A DNA stretch of 49,174 nt from positions 1 through 49,174 of the forward strand of contig JAVZLH010000008.1 of NCBI GenBank assembly GCA_038883855.1. Reading direction: 5' to 3'. This DNA comes from Candidatus Bathyarchaeia archaeon. GTDB taxonomy: Archaea; Thermoproteota; Bathyarchaeia; Bathyarchaeales; Bathycorpusculaceae. Of the stretch, positions 9,323 to 18,660 are shown one piece after another (position 1 is the first letter of the stretch; each line of letters opens with the position of its first letter). The notes beneath the pieces were generated by a model. The model ran no database searches. It was not told the DNA's origin and saw only the letters and a list, made by a program, of their open reading frames with translations. The position numbers and the translations under genes are program-made.

Positions 9323-10162
9323 CTAACCAGAGAGAGTTTCCAGCGACATCTTTCTATACCCATTTATGCAACCATTTTTTATTTCGTTTGCGAGCTCAGC
9401 TATTTCAGGCAGTTTTTGGAAAGGATTTTTCAAATTTTTCTCGTATATTCTTGTATATGCGCTTCCAACAACAACACCGTCTGCCCCGGCGGAAACTAGA
9501 GTTTTGGCGTGTTCCCTTTTTGAAACTCCGAAACCGACTAATACGGGTTTGTCGGCTATTTCTTTGACCTTTACTATAAGTTTCAGTGTGGCTTTTAGTC
9601 CTTTCATTTTTGAGCCTGTAACGCCTTCAAACCCTATCAGGTATATGAAGCCTGAAGCCTCAGCCAATATTTTTTTAAGCCTTTCGGTAGACGTTGTAGG
9701 CGCAATTTGAAGTATTAAATGCATTTTTCGCTTTTCAGCCATTTCCATGAAGGGGTTTGCCTCTTCCACTGGAAGGTCTGGAACTAAAATTGCTTGGGCT
9801 CCAGCCGCAGCTGTTTTGTCCAGAAACTTTTCAAAGCCCATTATGTAGGGTATGTTAAAGTAGGTCGTCACAACTATCGGTGTTTCTAGCCCCCTGGATC
9901 TAAGCTTCTCAACACCTTTAATGCATTTTTCAGGGGTTACGCCACCATTTAAGGCCCTTTGACAAGCAGCTTGGAATGTCGCCCCATCAGCTATCGGATC
10001 TGAGAAGGGAATACCGAACTCTATAATGTCCGCACCGTTTCCAGCCAAAGTTTCTATAAGGCTTATGGAGAAATCCTCGTTCGGATCACCATAGTAAACA
10101 TGGGCCATGTGGATTCCTTCACCACTTTTCCTTAGCATTTGTATTTTCTCTTCAAGCTCCAT
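9323..10162 (-). CDS. trpA: Tryptophan synthase alpha chain
   Basis: IIEFGIPFSDPIADG (catalytic Glu/Asp), GVTG, VGFGVS and ADGVVVGSA motifs. Confidence 0.96.
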   Translation of the reverse strand: MELEEKIQMLRKSGEGIHMAHVYYGDPNEDFSISLIETLAGNGADIIEFGIPFSDPIADGATFQAACQRALNGGVTPEKCIKGVEKLRSRGLETPIVVTTYFNIPYIMGFEKFLDKTAAAGAQAILVPDLPVEEANPFMEMAEKRKMHLILQIAPTTSTERLKKILAEASGFIYLIGFEGVTGSKMKGLKATLKLIVKVKEIADKPVLVGFGVSKREHAKTLVSAGADGVVVGSAYTRIYEKNLKNPFQKLPEIAELANEIKNGCINGYRKMSLETLSG

Positions 10163-11324
10163 AGAAGTGCCTCACAATGGTTTCTATGTCTTTATCTCCC
10201 CTTCCTGAATAGTTTATGACCACAATTTCGTCAGAGCTAAATTCTTCAGGATGGTTTAAGACGTAGGCTAGGGCATGTGCTGTTTCAAGTGCCGGTATAA
10301 GTCCCTCTGTCCTGCACATAATCTTGACAGCTTCAAATACCTCTTTGTCAAAAGCATAGCAGGGCTTAACCCTGCCAATTTCACATAAATACGACATTTC
10401 GGGTCCCCTTCCGGGATAGTTTAGTCCAGCAGCCCTTGTTTTTGAGGGTTTAATTTGACCGTGTTGGTCCTGCAGCACCTGCATTAGGCTTCCGTTGAGA
10501 ACCCCAGGCTTGCCGAGTTGGAAGACTGCAGCACTGTTTTCCGCGCTCAGGTTTTCTCCGCCTCCTTCAACAAAATAAAGTCTAACTTCAGCATCATCGA
10601 TGAAAGGTTTGAAGGCGCCTATGGCGTTGCTTCCCCCGCTCCCGCAAGCCACTATGGCGTCCGGAAGGCGGTTCTCCCTTTCAAGAATTTGCCGTTTAAG
10701 TTCTTGGCCTATAACGCTTTGAAATGTTGCTACCATTGTCGGAAACGGATGAGGCCCCACAGTGGATCCCATCAAATAATGGGTTGTTCTAGAGCATGAA
10801 GCCCACTCCCTCAGGGTTTCTGAAACCGCGTCTTTCAAGACGCCCGATCCGGTTTTTATAGGCCTAATTTTTGCTCCTAGAAGCTTCATTTTTTTAACAT
10901 TTGAGGCTTGCCGTTGAATGTCTTTTACTCCCATGAAAACTTCTGTTTTTAAACCACAAATGTTGCCAGCCATAACCGTTGCCAAGCCATGTTGGCCAGC
11001 AGCAGTCTCCGTTATCAAACGTTTCTTCCCCATTTTCTTGGCCAGCAGCGCTTGCCCTAAAGTGTTGTTAAGCTTATGTGAACCTCCGCAGAGCAGGTCT
11101 TCGCGTTTGAGGTAAACCTTAAACCCGACAAGTTTGCTGAGATTTTTAGCGTGATAAAGTGGAGTTGGCCTTCCGCCGTAATCTCTCAAAAGCTTTGAGA
11201 GTTCCCGCTGAAACTCTTGGGTTGGGTAGATTCTTTCAAAGGCTTCCTCAAGCTCTATTAGGGCTTGCATTAAGATTTCGCTTACATACCGCCCGCCATA
11301 TTTGCCGAATTTTCCCTTCGACAT
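10152..11324 (-). CDS. trpB: Tryptophan synthase beta chain (TrpB1 type)
   Basis: FGKYGGRYV, LKREDL..GSHKLNN (PLP Lys), GQHG and SGRGDKD motifs. Confidence 0.95.
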   Translation of the reverse strand: MSKGKFGKYGGRYVSEILMQALIELEEAFERIYPTQEFQRELSKLLRDYGGRPTPLYHAKNLSKLVGFKVYLKREDLLCGGSHKLNNTLGQALLAKKMGKKRLITETAAGQHGLATVMAGNICGLKTEVFMGVKDIQRQASNVKKMKLLGAKIRPIKTGSGVLKDAVSETLREWASCSRTTHYLMGSTVGPHPFPTMVATFQSVIGQELKRQILERENRLPDAIVACGSGGSNAIGAFKPFIDDAEVRLYFVEGGGENLSAENSAAVFQLGKPGVLNGSLMQVLQDQHGQIKPSKTRAAGLNYPGRGPEMSYLCEIGRVKPCYAFDKEVFEAVKIMCRTEGLIPALETAHALAYVLNHPEEFSSDEIVVINYSGRGDKDIETIVRHFYGA

Positions 11325-11336
11325 CTTAAACCCCCA

Positions 11337-11999
11337 TTAGGTATCGGTTAGAAACACTTGTTTTGCGTTTTTTATGAAGGCTTCAACCTTCACAAAATCT
11401 TTCACGCCTAGTTTCGCCTCAACTCCTGTGGAAACATCCACAGCGTAGGGCTTAACGGTTGCAATGGCTTCTTTAACGTTTTCAGCGTTCAAGCCTCCGG
11501 CTAATATTAACGGCTTCGGATGGATGGCATCTCTAATGCGTTTACTCACCACCCAGTTGTGGGTTAAACCAGTTCCCCCAAGCTTTCCAGCCATCCAAGA
11601 ATCCACAAGAACAGCATCGAAAAACTTTGCGGCTTTAACCGCCTCTTGGACAGCCTCTTCAGATTTAGTGCTTATACTTCGAACTAAAGTGGCGTCTGGA
11701 AACTTCTCCCTTAATGCTGCTGTTTCAGGAATAAATTCTCCGTGAATTTGAATTATGTCAGGCTTCAACTTCTCATAAATCCCAAAAAGGGCTTCCAAGC
11801 TTTGAGGAGCAACCACCAAGACGCTCTTCACAAAAATTGGAACACACTTAAATAATCTTTCAGCTTTTTCTAACGGCAAGTTTCGCGGCGAGTTCGGAAT
11901 TCCCACAACAAAGCCTACAGCGTCAGCACCTAAATTGCAAACCATTTCAAGGTCTTCTTTGCTGGTAATTCCGCAAATCTTAACTTTAACTGCTCTCAT
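11337..11999 (-). CDS. trpF: Phosphoribosylanthranilate isomerase
   Basis: VKICGIT, QIHG, GGTG, LAGGL and VDVSTGVE motifs. Confidence 0.96.
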   Translation of the reverse strand: MRAVKVKICGITSKEDLEMVCNLGADAVGFVVGIPNSPRNLPLEKAERLFKCVPIFVKSVLVVAPQSLEALFGIYEKLKPDIIQIHGEFIPETAALREKFPDATLVRSISTKSEEAVQEAVKAAKFFDAVLVDSWMAGKLGGTGLTHNWVVSKRIRDAIHPKPLILAGGLNAENVKEAIATVKPYAVDVSTGVEAKLGVKDFVKVEAFIKNAKQVFLTDT

Positions 12000-12781
12000 A
12001 AAGCGTGCACAAGCTCCCTCACTTTAGCCTCTACATCTTCAGCTAACATAAATGCTGAACCAACGAGGAAAGCATCGGCGCCACAAACCTTTAGAAATCT
12101 TATATCCCAAACATTTTGGATCCCACTTTCGCTTACAACAATTTTCTCGTGGCTTTTCATGTCCACCAACACCTGCTCAGTTACTCTTAAATCAACCTTC
12201 AAAGTCTTCAAGTCCCTGTTGTTAATGCCCACTATGTCAGCGTCTGTCTTAAGCGCCGCCATGAATTCTTCTTTGGTATGAGTTTCCAAAACTACTTCAA
12301 GACCGAATTTATGGGCAAGCTGAATCAATTCTTCGAGAGAACAGTTAGCGTAACCCCTTCTGAATATTGCGTATATAAGCAAAACAACGTTAGCTCCAAA
12401 TTTTGAAGCGGCCTCTATTTGTACAGAGTCAACAACAATGTCCTTCATTAATATTGGAAGATCGGTGTGGTTTCGCGCTTCTTTAAGGGCTGTGAGAGAC
12501 CCCCCGAAATGTCTTGGCTCTGTCAGCACCGATATCCCGATGGCACCTCCACGCTCCATAGCTTTAACAACATCTGATAGGCTATTAATTTTCCTTAAAA
12601 CGCCGTGAGAGGGAGAGTGAGGCTTGACTTCGGCGATTATAGGCGCATGTTTACATTTTCTTATAGATACTTCTAAGCTTATGCAGCGTCTTGAAACGCT
12701 TTCTTCATTCTTCACGTTATAGTAGCCCGACATTACAGTTCTGACAGCATCTCGCGCTAGAATGTCAAGAAAATCAGCCAT
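11996..12781 (-). CDS. trpC: Indole-3-glycerol phosphate synthase
   Basis: IIAEVKPHSPS, ISVLTEP, GINNRDL and VSESGI motifs; ATG 12781 (MADFLD) preferred. Confidence 0.96.
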   Translation of the reverse strand: MADFLDILARDAVRTVMSGYYNVKNEESVSRRCISLEVSIRKCKHAPIIAEVKPHSPSHGVLRKINSLSDVVKAMERGGAIGISVLTEPRHFGGSLTALKEARNHTDLPILMKDIVVDSVQIEAASKFGANVVLLIYAIFRRGYANCSLEELIQLAHKFGLEVVLETHTKEEFMAALKTDADIVGINNRDLKTLKVDLRVTEQVLVDMKSHEKIVVSESGIQNVWDIRFLKVCGADAFLVGSAFMLAEDVEAKVRELVHAL

Positions 12782-13838
12782 ATTGGGCTTCCAGCTCCTC
12801 AAGTCTTGAAAGGTCACTCTTTCCATAGCAGCGTAATAAATCCCTTAACTTCTTATAGGCAGCCCCGCTTTCAATAGATTCTCGTGCAAGTTCCATGGCA
12901 GAAACATAATCTTCTGCTTTTCCACCTACAACAATTGCCGCAGCAGCGTTCACAAGCACTATATCTCTTTTAGGGTTTCCATCTTTCAATACGCCATAAA
13001 GAATCTTGAAGGTAATCTCCACGCTTTCCTCAGCGCTTGTTCCTACAATCTCTTCAGGCTTAGCTTTTCTCACGCCGAAATTTTTAGGCGCAACCTCGAA
13101 GGTTTCAACTTTTCTGTTTCTCACCCACGCAATCAATGTTTTTCCTATAGTGGATATTTCGTCAAGCCCGTCTAACCCATGATAAACCATAGCCTCTTCG
13201 CGGTTGAGATTTTTGAGTACCATTGCAACCTTATCCACAAGAGATGCCTCATAAACACCTATTGTTTGGGCGTTGGCGCATGCAGGATTAACCAATGGCC
13301 CGAGAACGTTGAAAACCGTTCTTATGCCTAACTCCCTTCGAACACCAGCTACGTTCTTAATTGCCGGATGGAATGCTGGAGCGAACATAAAACCTATACC
13401 AATGTTTTCAATAGCCTTTTCAACAGTTTCAGGTTTCACGTTCAAGTTGAGCCCCAACATTTCAAGGATATCGGCGCTACCACATTTGCTTGTAACTGAA
13501 CGGTTCCCGTGCTTGGCTATGACGACACCAGCCCCAGCAGCCACAAAGGCGGCCACGGTGCTTATGTTGAAAGTTTTAAGTTTGTCCCCGCCTGTTCCAC
13601 AAGTATCAACGAGGCGCCCTTTCACCTCCGGTTTAATTTTGTGGCAGAACTCCATCATTGTAGAAGCGAAGGCACTTATTTCCTCCACCGTTTCACCTTT
13701 CATCCTCAACGCCGTCAAGAAAGAGGCTATTTGAGGCTGAGTGGCCTCCTCAGTCATAATTGCCCTCATGGCTTCACAAGCTTCAGCATGTGTCAAATCT
13801 TTTTTTTCCACAAGCTTTTGTATGGCTTTTTGAATCAT
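12774..13838 (-). CDS. trpD: Anthranilate phosphoribosyltransferase
   Basis: DTCGTGGD, FNIST, KHGNRSVTSKCGSAD and GLDEIS motifs. Confidence 0.97.
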   Translation of the reverse strand: MIQKAIQKLVEKKDLTHAEACEAMRAIMTEEATQPQIASFLTALRMKGETVEEISAFASTMMEFCHKIKPEVKGRLVDTCGTGGDKLKTFNISTVAAFVAAGAGVVIAKHGNRSVTSKCGSADILEMLGLNLNVKPETVEKAIENIGIGFMFAPAFHPAIKNVAGVRRELGIRTVFNVLGPLVNPACANAQTIGVYEASLVDKVAMVLKNLNREEAMVYHGLDGLDEISTIGKTLIAWVRNRKVETFEVAPKNFGVRKAKPEEIVGTSAEESVEITFKILYGVLKDGNPKRDIVLVNAAAAIVVGGKAEDYVSAMELARESIESGAAYKKLRDLLRCYGKSDLSRLEELEAQYG

Positions 13839-13841
13839 ATT

Positions 13842-14423
13842 TCACCGACCGTAAATGAAATTTTCCAGAATTTTTTTACCGCATTCAGTTAAGATGGATT
13901 CCGGATGGAACTGAACCCCTTCAATGGGGTAGGTTAAGTGGCGGATTCCCATTATTTCCCCATCGTCTAAAGCTACTGCTGACACCTTTAGACATTTGGG
14001 AAGCGAACTTTTCTCCACAACTAATGAGTGGTAACGCATAGCATTGAGAGGGTTTTTAACATTTTTGAAGACACCTTCGCCGTCATGTTTCACAAGGCTA
14101 GTTTTCCCATGCATAATCCTCCCAGCCTTAACAATCTTACCGCCGAAAACGGAAACTAAACCCTGATGCCCCAGACAAACGCCTAAAGTTGGGATTTTTG
14201 GGCTCATAATTCGCAAAATATCGCCGCAAATTCCGAAATAGCGGCTTTCCTCAGGAGTGCCAGGTCCGGGAGAAATAATTATCCTGACAGGATTAATTCT
14301 CAAGGCTTTTTTGAGAGTTAGCTGGTCGTTTCTGTATACCATAGGTTTTGCTCCAAGTTCTCCCAAGTATTGGACGAGATTATAGACAAAAGAATCGTAA
14401 TTGTCAATAACTAAAACTTTCAT
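13842..14423 (-). CDS. trpG: Anthranilate synthase component II (glutamine amidotransferase)
   Basis: IDNYDSF, SPGPG, GVCLGHQ and QFHPES motifs. Confidence 0.96.
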   Translation of the reverse strand: MKVLVIDNYDSFVYNLVQYLGELGAKPMVYRNDQLTLKKALRINPVRIIISPGPGTPEESRYFGICGDILRIMSPKIPTLGVCLGHQGLVSVFGGKIVKAGRIMHGKTSLVKHDGEGVFKNVKNPLNAMRYHSLVVEKSSLPKCLKVSAVALDDGEIMGIRHLTYPIEGVQFHPESILTECGKKILENFIYGR

Positions 14424-15838
14424 GGAGTTTCACCTTCTTCAGAAAGTTGGAGGGCTTTAAGCAAGGCTTCAGCCTTATGCTCTGTCTCAAGCCACTCCTT
14501 TTCAGGATCCGAATCTGCAACTATTCCTGCTCCAGCTTGGATGTAGGCATAATCTTCGTATGCAACTAGCGTTCTTATGGTTATGGCGAAATCAGCATTC
14601 CCATTAAAAGAGAAGTAGCCCACAGCCCCGGCGTACGGGCCTCTCCTTACAGGCTCACATTCTTCAATAATTTCCATAGCTCTAACTTTCGGAGCACCTG
14701 AAACCGTTCCAGCTGGAAAAACACCCCTTAAGGCGTCGTAACAGTCGCATCCGTTTCTAAGCTTTCCTATAACCCTTGAGACAATGTGTTGAACATGGCT
14801 ATATTGGTAAACATTCATAAATTCAGGCACTGAAACCGTGCCAAAATCTGAAACTTTGCCAACATCATTTCTAGCCAAATCCACAAGCATTACGTGTTCT
14901 GCGCGTTCCTTCGGGTCTAGCAAAAGCTCTTTTCTCAAAGACTTATTTTTAACTGCGTCTTTAACACGCGGGCGTGTGCCAGCTATGGGAAAGGTTTCAA
15001 TCCAGCCGTTTTCCACCCTAATAAGCATTTCTGGACTTGATCCAATTATTTGACGCCTTCCCATTTTGAGAAAGTACATGTATGGAGACGGGTTGAGATT
15101 CCGCAAAACCCTATAAAATGGGATTAGGCTTCCCTGGAATTTAAACCCGTAACGTTTCGAAAGAACAACTTGGAAAATATCGCCAGCCGTTATATAATCT
15201 TTGGCCCTAGCAACAATTTTTTCAAAATCTTCTTTGACGATGTTAATCTTCGCCTCAGAATATCGAAAGGGTTCACTATTGCATTCTTCACCTACAATGG
15301 TTGATAATTCCGCCAATCGATTTTCACCTATGTAATAGTAGAAGGCTTCCCCAGTTTTATGGTCGAAAATTATACCGTCAAGGAATATCGCCATCTCAAT
15401 CTCTGGAAACCCTAGATCATCAGTAGCCAAGCTTGGAAGCTTCTCCCAATAACGAACAGCGTCATATGAGATGTAGCCAACGGCGCCCCCGAGAAAACGG
15501 AAATTGCTTGAGGCCACAGCTAATTTTTTGACCAACCTCCTTAAGGTAAACAAGGGGTCTTCAACTTCAAAGACCGTTTTTCCTTCCTGGATTCTATCAT
15601 AAATTTCAGCCTTTGCATTTTTCACCTTCAAAACTATTGGCGGGTCAAAACCGACGAATGAGTACTCCGCAAGTTTTTTAGGACCTTCCACAGACTCTAG
15701 AATATAGATGTAATCGTAATGCTTGAAGATTTTAGCGAACAAATTGACAGGCGAAATCCTCTCTTTAAACTTTATAAGTATTGGATGTTTAGAAGGCTTT
15801 GATAAGCCAAACGCTATTCCCCATATGCATCCGCACAA
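14420..15838 (-). CDS. trpE: Anthranilate synthase component I
   Basis: [30 protein letters not shown] and GTVSGAPK motifs; start uncertain. Confidence 0.95.
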   Translation of the reverse strand: MCGCIWGIAFGLSKPSKHPILIKFKERISPVNLFAKIFKHYDYIYILESVEGPKKLAEYSFVGFDPPIVLKVKNAKAEIYDRIQEGKTVFEVEDPLFTLRRLVKKLAVASSNFRFLGGAVGYISYDAVRYWEKLPSLATDDLGFPEIEMAIFLDGIIFDHKTGEAFYYYIGENRLAELSTIVGEECNSEPFRYSEAKINIVKEDFEKIVARAKDYITAGDIFQVVLSKRYGFKFQGSLIPFYRVLRNLNPSPYMYFLKMGRRQIIGSSPEMLIRVENGWIETFPIAGTRPRVKDAVKNKSLRKELLLDPKERAEHVMLVDLARNDVGKVSDFGTVSVPEFMNVYQYSHVQHIVSRVIGKLRNGCDCYDALRGVFPAGTVSGAPKVRAMEIIEECEPVRRGPYAGAVGYFSFNGNADFAITIRTLVAYEDYAYIQAGAGIVADSDPEKEWLETEHKAEALLKALQLSEEGETP

Positions 15839-15845
15839 ATTTTAT

Positions 15846-15891
15846 CATACATATATGCACATATTTAAACTTTAATGTACATTAAAGTACA
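15846..15891 (-). promoter_or_regulatory. trp promoter: TATA box flanked by two pairs of TRP-box-like (TGTACA) hexamers
   Basis: + strand hexamers CATACA 15846, TGCACA 15856, TGTACA 15876, AGTACA 15886; minus-strand TTTAAATA at 15862-15869; perfect 20-bp palindrome 15869-15888. Confidence 0.65.
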
Positions 15892-16203
15892 TAAATTTCT
15901 GAGCCTCAGAAACATTGTCCGATGTGCGGTGATTGCAACTTGAAAAGCTGGTTCGACTTGCCCATTTTGGGAGGCCAACTTTAAAGGAAGTGACAGGGAA
16001 GCAGAGAGGGGGCGCGAGCGAATATTTTATGCCAATATAAAATTTTGAACAGTTTAATGTGAGCTTTCCAGAGGCGGAAAAAAGAATCGCGCGCATACAT
16101 CCGGAAAACCGTTCGAGCTCATAGAAGCCGGTTCAAATGCGTGTGCAGTGACAGCGACCTAAAAATTTCAGAAAGAGGAAAAGAGCATTATAAACTCGAT
16201 AAA

Positions 16204-16247
16204 TAGTGTCCGGAATTCGAACCCGCGCTGGACAGTGGGGCGCTTAG
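16204..16247 (-). repeat. Degenerate direct repeat of the tRNA-Met 3' half (att-like remnant)
   Basis: ATTCGAACCCGCG / CTGGACA / GGCGCT are collinear with ATTCGAGCCCGCG / CTGGACA / GGCGCT at 17071-17103. Confidence 0.6.
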
Positions 16248-16299
16248 AATGCAAATTGCTATAAAGAATGTGCTCTAACGTAGTTTTTGTAGGGTTACC

Positions 16300-17016
16300 T
16301 TGACAAAAGTAATGGCTGTAAATGGAAGCGTCCGTATGGAAAAGAGTAATACAGCAATGCTTATGGAACCTTTTCTTGAAGGCATGAAAGAGGCAGGTGC
16401 GTCTGTCGAGTTGTTCTATGTAAAACGCTTAAACATTAAGCCTTGCATCGGAGATTTTCATTGCTGGTACACAAAACCAGGTGAATGCATCATTTCTGAC
16501 GATATGCAAACACTCTATCCCAAACTGCGTAGTGCAGACATTCTCGTACTAGCCACACCAGTCTATATTCCCCTTCCAAGCGAGATGCAGAACTTTATCA
16601 ATAGACTTTGTCCTCTGGTAGAGCCAATCTTAGAAAAACGCGGATGTCGCACGCATGCAAAATTCCACGATGATGTTAAAATACGGAAAATTGTGCTAGT
16701 GTCAGCATCTGGTTGGTGGGAATTGGGCAACTTTGGAACTGTGCTCCGTATCGCTGAAGAGCTTGCAAAGGATGTGGGTGTTGAATTTGCGGGTGCTATT
16801 CTCCGGCCGCATGCTTTTCTCATGGAAGAAAACAAAGAGAAAGCCAGAATTATCCTAGAAGCATTAAAACAAGCCGGCATTCAACTAATAAAAGACGGAA
16901 AAATGACTGACGATATCCTTTAGACAATTAGTCAGCCTCTTATCTCTGAAGAAGAGCTCAAGCGAAGGTACAACGAATCATACTTGAAAGTAAAAAGCGG
17001 AAAAGCATCCAACTAA
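16300..17016 (+). pseudogene. Flavodoxin-like / iron-sulfur flavoprotein (NADPH-dependent FMN reductase family) with in-frame TAG at 16921
   Basis: NGSVRMEKSNT, PCIGDFHCW..PGEC, DDMQ and LATPVY motifs; frame continues past TAG as TISQPLISEEELKRRYNESYLKVKSGKASN to TAA at 17016. Confidence 0.75.
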
Positions 17017-17054
17017 ATAGAGAAACCCGTTAGACAAAGAGAAAAAATAGAATA

Positions 17055-17168
17055 TGGTGCCGGGGGCGGGATTCGAGCCCGCGACCTCTGGACATTAGGC
17101 GCTCTTAAGCCCCATTGTGTTCTCCAGATTATGAGTCTGGCGCCCATTCCAGGCTAGGCTACCCCGGC
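17055..17168 (-). tRNA. tRNA-Met (CAT, elongator type) with 36-nt intron at 45/46; CCA encoded
   Basis: GCCGGGG/CCCCGGC acceptor stem, CCAGA-CTCATAA-TCTGG anticodon arm; intron 17086-17121 bounded by a bulge-helix-bulge. Confidence 0.9.
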
Positions 17169-17294
17169 TAATGTTTGGATCACTCCAGTACAGTTCTGTA
17201 TTTTATTTATGCTTACTAAAAAACATTAAGTCGCCACTTTTGTTAAAAACGAGTTGGTCATTCCGTTGTAAGTGGATTGCTTAACAACACATGC

Positions 17295-18399
17295 TCACTG
17301 CATCAATTGAATAAACAATGAAGCTACCCAGCCAGCAAAGAACACTATGGTTGTTAGAACGAGACCACTTATGATCAATTCAACTATTTTTCTACTTATG
17401 CTTGTTTCCGTAGATATCGCCGCCAGAAAACCTGTAAAAGCTAACACAGCAAGCGTTATCAGTACTGAAGTTGGAACTGTCAGTATTAGTGGCAAGTTCA
17501 AGAAGTACGGTATCAGCGGGAAGATCGTGTCAATAAGCCTAAACAATCCAGCATATAGTCCTGTCCTGCGTGGATTGCCAAGCTCTTCCTCGTGTATACC
17601 ATATCTTTCCTCAGCAAACAATCTCCTCAATAGGTCACTATCTTGCCTCAACTCCTCACCGACCATCGCTGCAGCTTCTTTACTCAACCCCTTCTTCTCA
17701 AAATACTTGGCCATCCTTTCCGAGAAAACATCAGGAAGATTTTCTGTGACAATTTTCAATCTCTGCATTATACCCACTTTGATCTGTTTTTCTGTTTTGA
17801 CATAAAAATAGAAGCTAACAGCCGAGTTCATAGCCTCTGTCAAACCTACCAATAATCCGGCCATGGCTGCTACAAATGGTTGTCTATAAACTCCGGCTAA
17901 ACCGGCGGATAGTACGGTCACAAGCCCACCACTAATCTGCGTTAAGACAATAGCCAAATTTTTAAGTAAGAACTGTAACTTGCTGCGTATTCTTCAAACT
18001 GCTCTTCGTGCCGAAGCTCGTCAATTAGAATTTCTCTAATTGCCGATTGTTCTTCACTTGAGAGATCCGGATCACCTTAAATGGCGCAATAATTGATGAT
18101 AGCTGTCAGCTCACCTCTTTCAAGAAACTTCAAGCCCAAACCCACGCCTAATAGTCTAAAAACGAAAGCGTAAACAATGATCTTGATGGGGTTGGCTCTG
18201 AGAACTCTTGTGTCAACGCCGCGTTTCTCAAGAAATTTTGACCAGAATCTCGCATGCTCCGCCTCAGTTTCTGACAAAACACCTAATTTTCCCGATAAGT
18301 CAGTACGACAGTTTTTGCAAGTTTGCCATAAATTGCTGAAGTTTCAAGCTCATTCAATAATGCCTTTTTTGCAAAGTCAACGGTTCCGATTTTTGCCAT
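17295..18399 (-). pseudogene. Ferritin/rubrerythrin-like + VIT1/CCC1 iron transporter fusion, disrupted
   Basis: Fragments MAKIGTVDFAKKALLNELETSAIY / SETEAEHARFW / LIDELRHEE (ExxH motifs) / GLVTVLSAGLAG...IFPLIPYF, separated by a frameshift, a stop and an apparent deletion. Confidence 0.75.
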
Positions 18400-18660
18400 C
18401 GTAATAACCTCGCAGCAAGAAACATAATTTAGGATTCAAAAGAGATAAATTCTCTCTTCATGTATTATATCACTAACCGAAATCATTGCACTGTATTAAA
18501 TTAAAGCTACAAGAAAAGAGGGGATTTGCGGGAGAAATCTCCATTAAAAGGCAATAGGCCACCCCCCAGCTTTGGTTAACAAGAATTAAGCTCTTACCAA
18601 TTTTATTTGCAATTTTCAACAACGTTTTAATAATTGCAAAATCACGCTTAAAATTTTTAT

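Noticed and set aside
9310-15053. Plus-strand ORFs within the trp operon, and similar antisense ORFs over rpiA, ahcY, rpl2/rpl4, eIF2g and fae-hps
   Set aside because: Antisense shadows of well-supported genes, with no motifs or SD support
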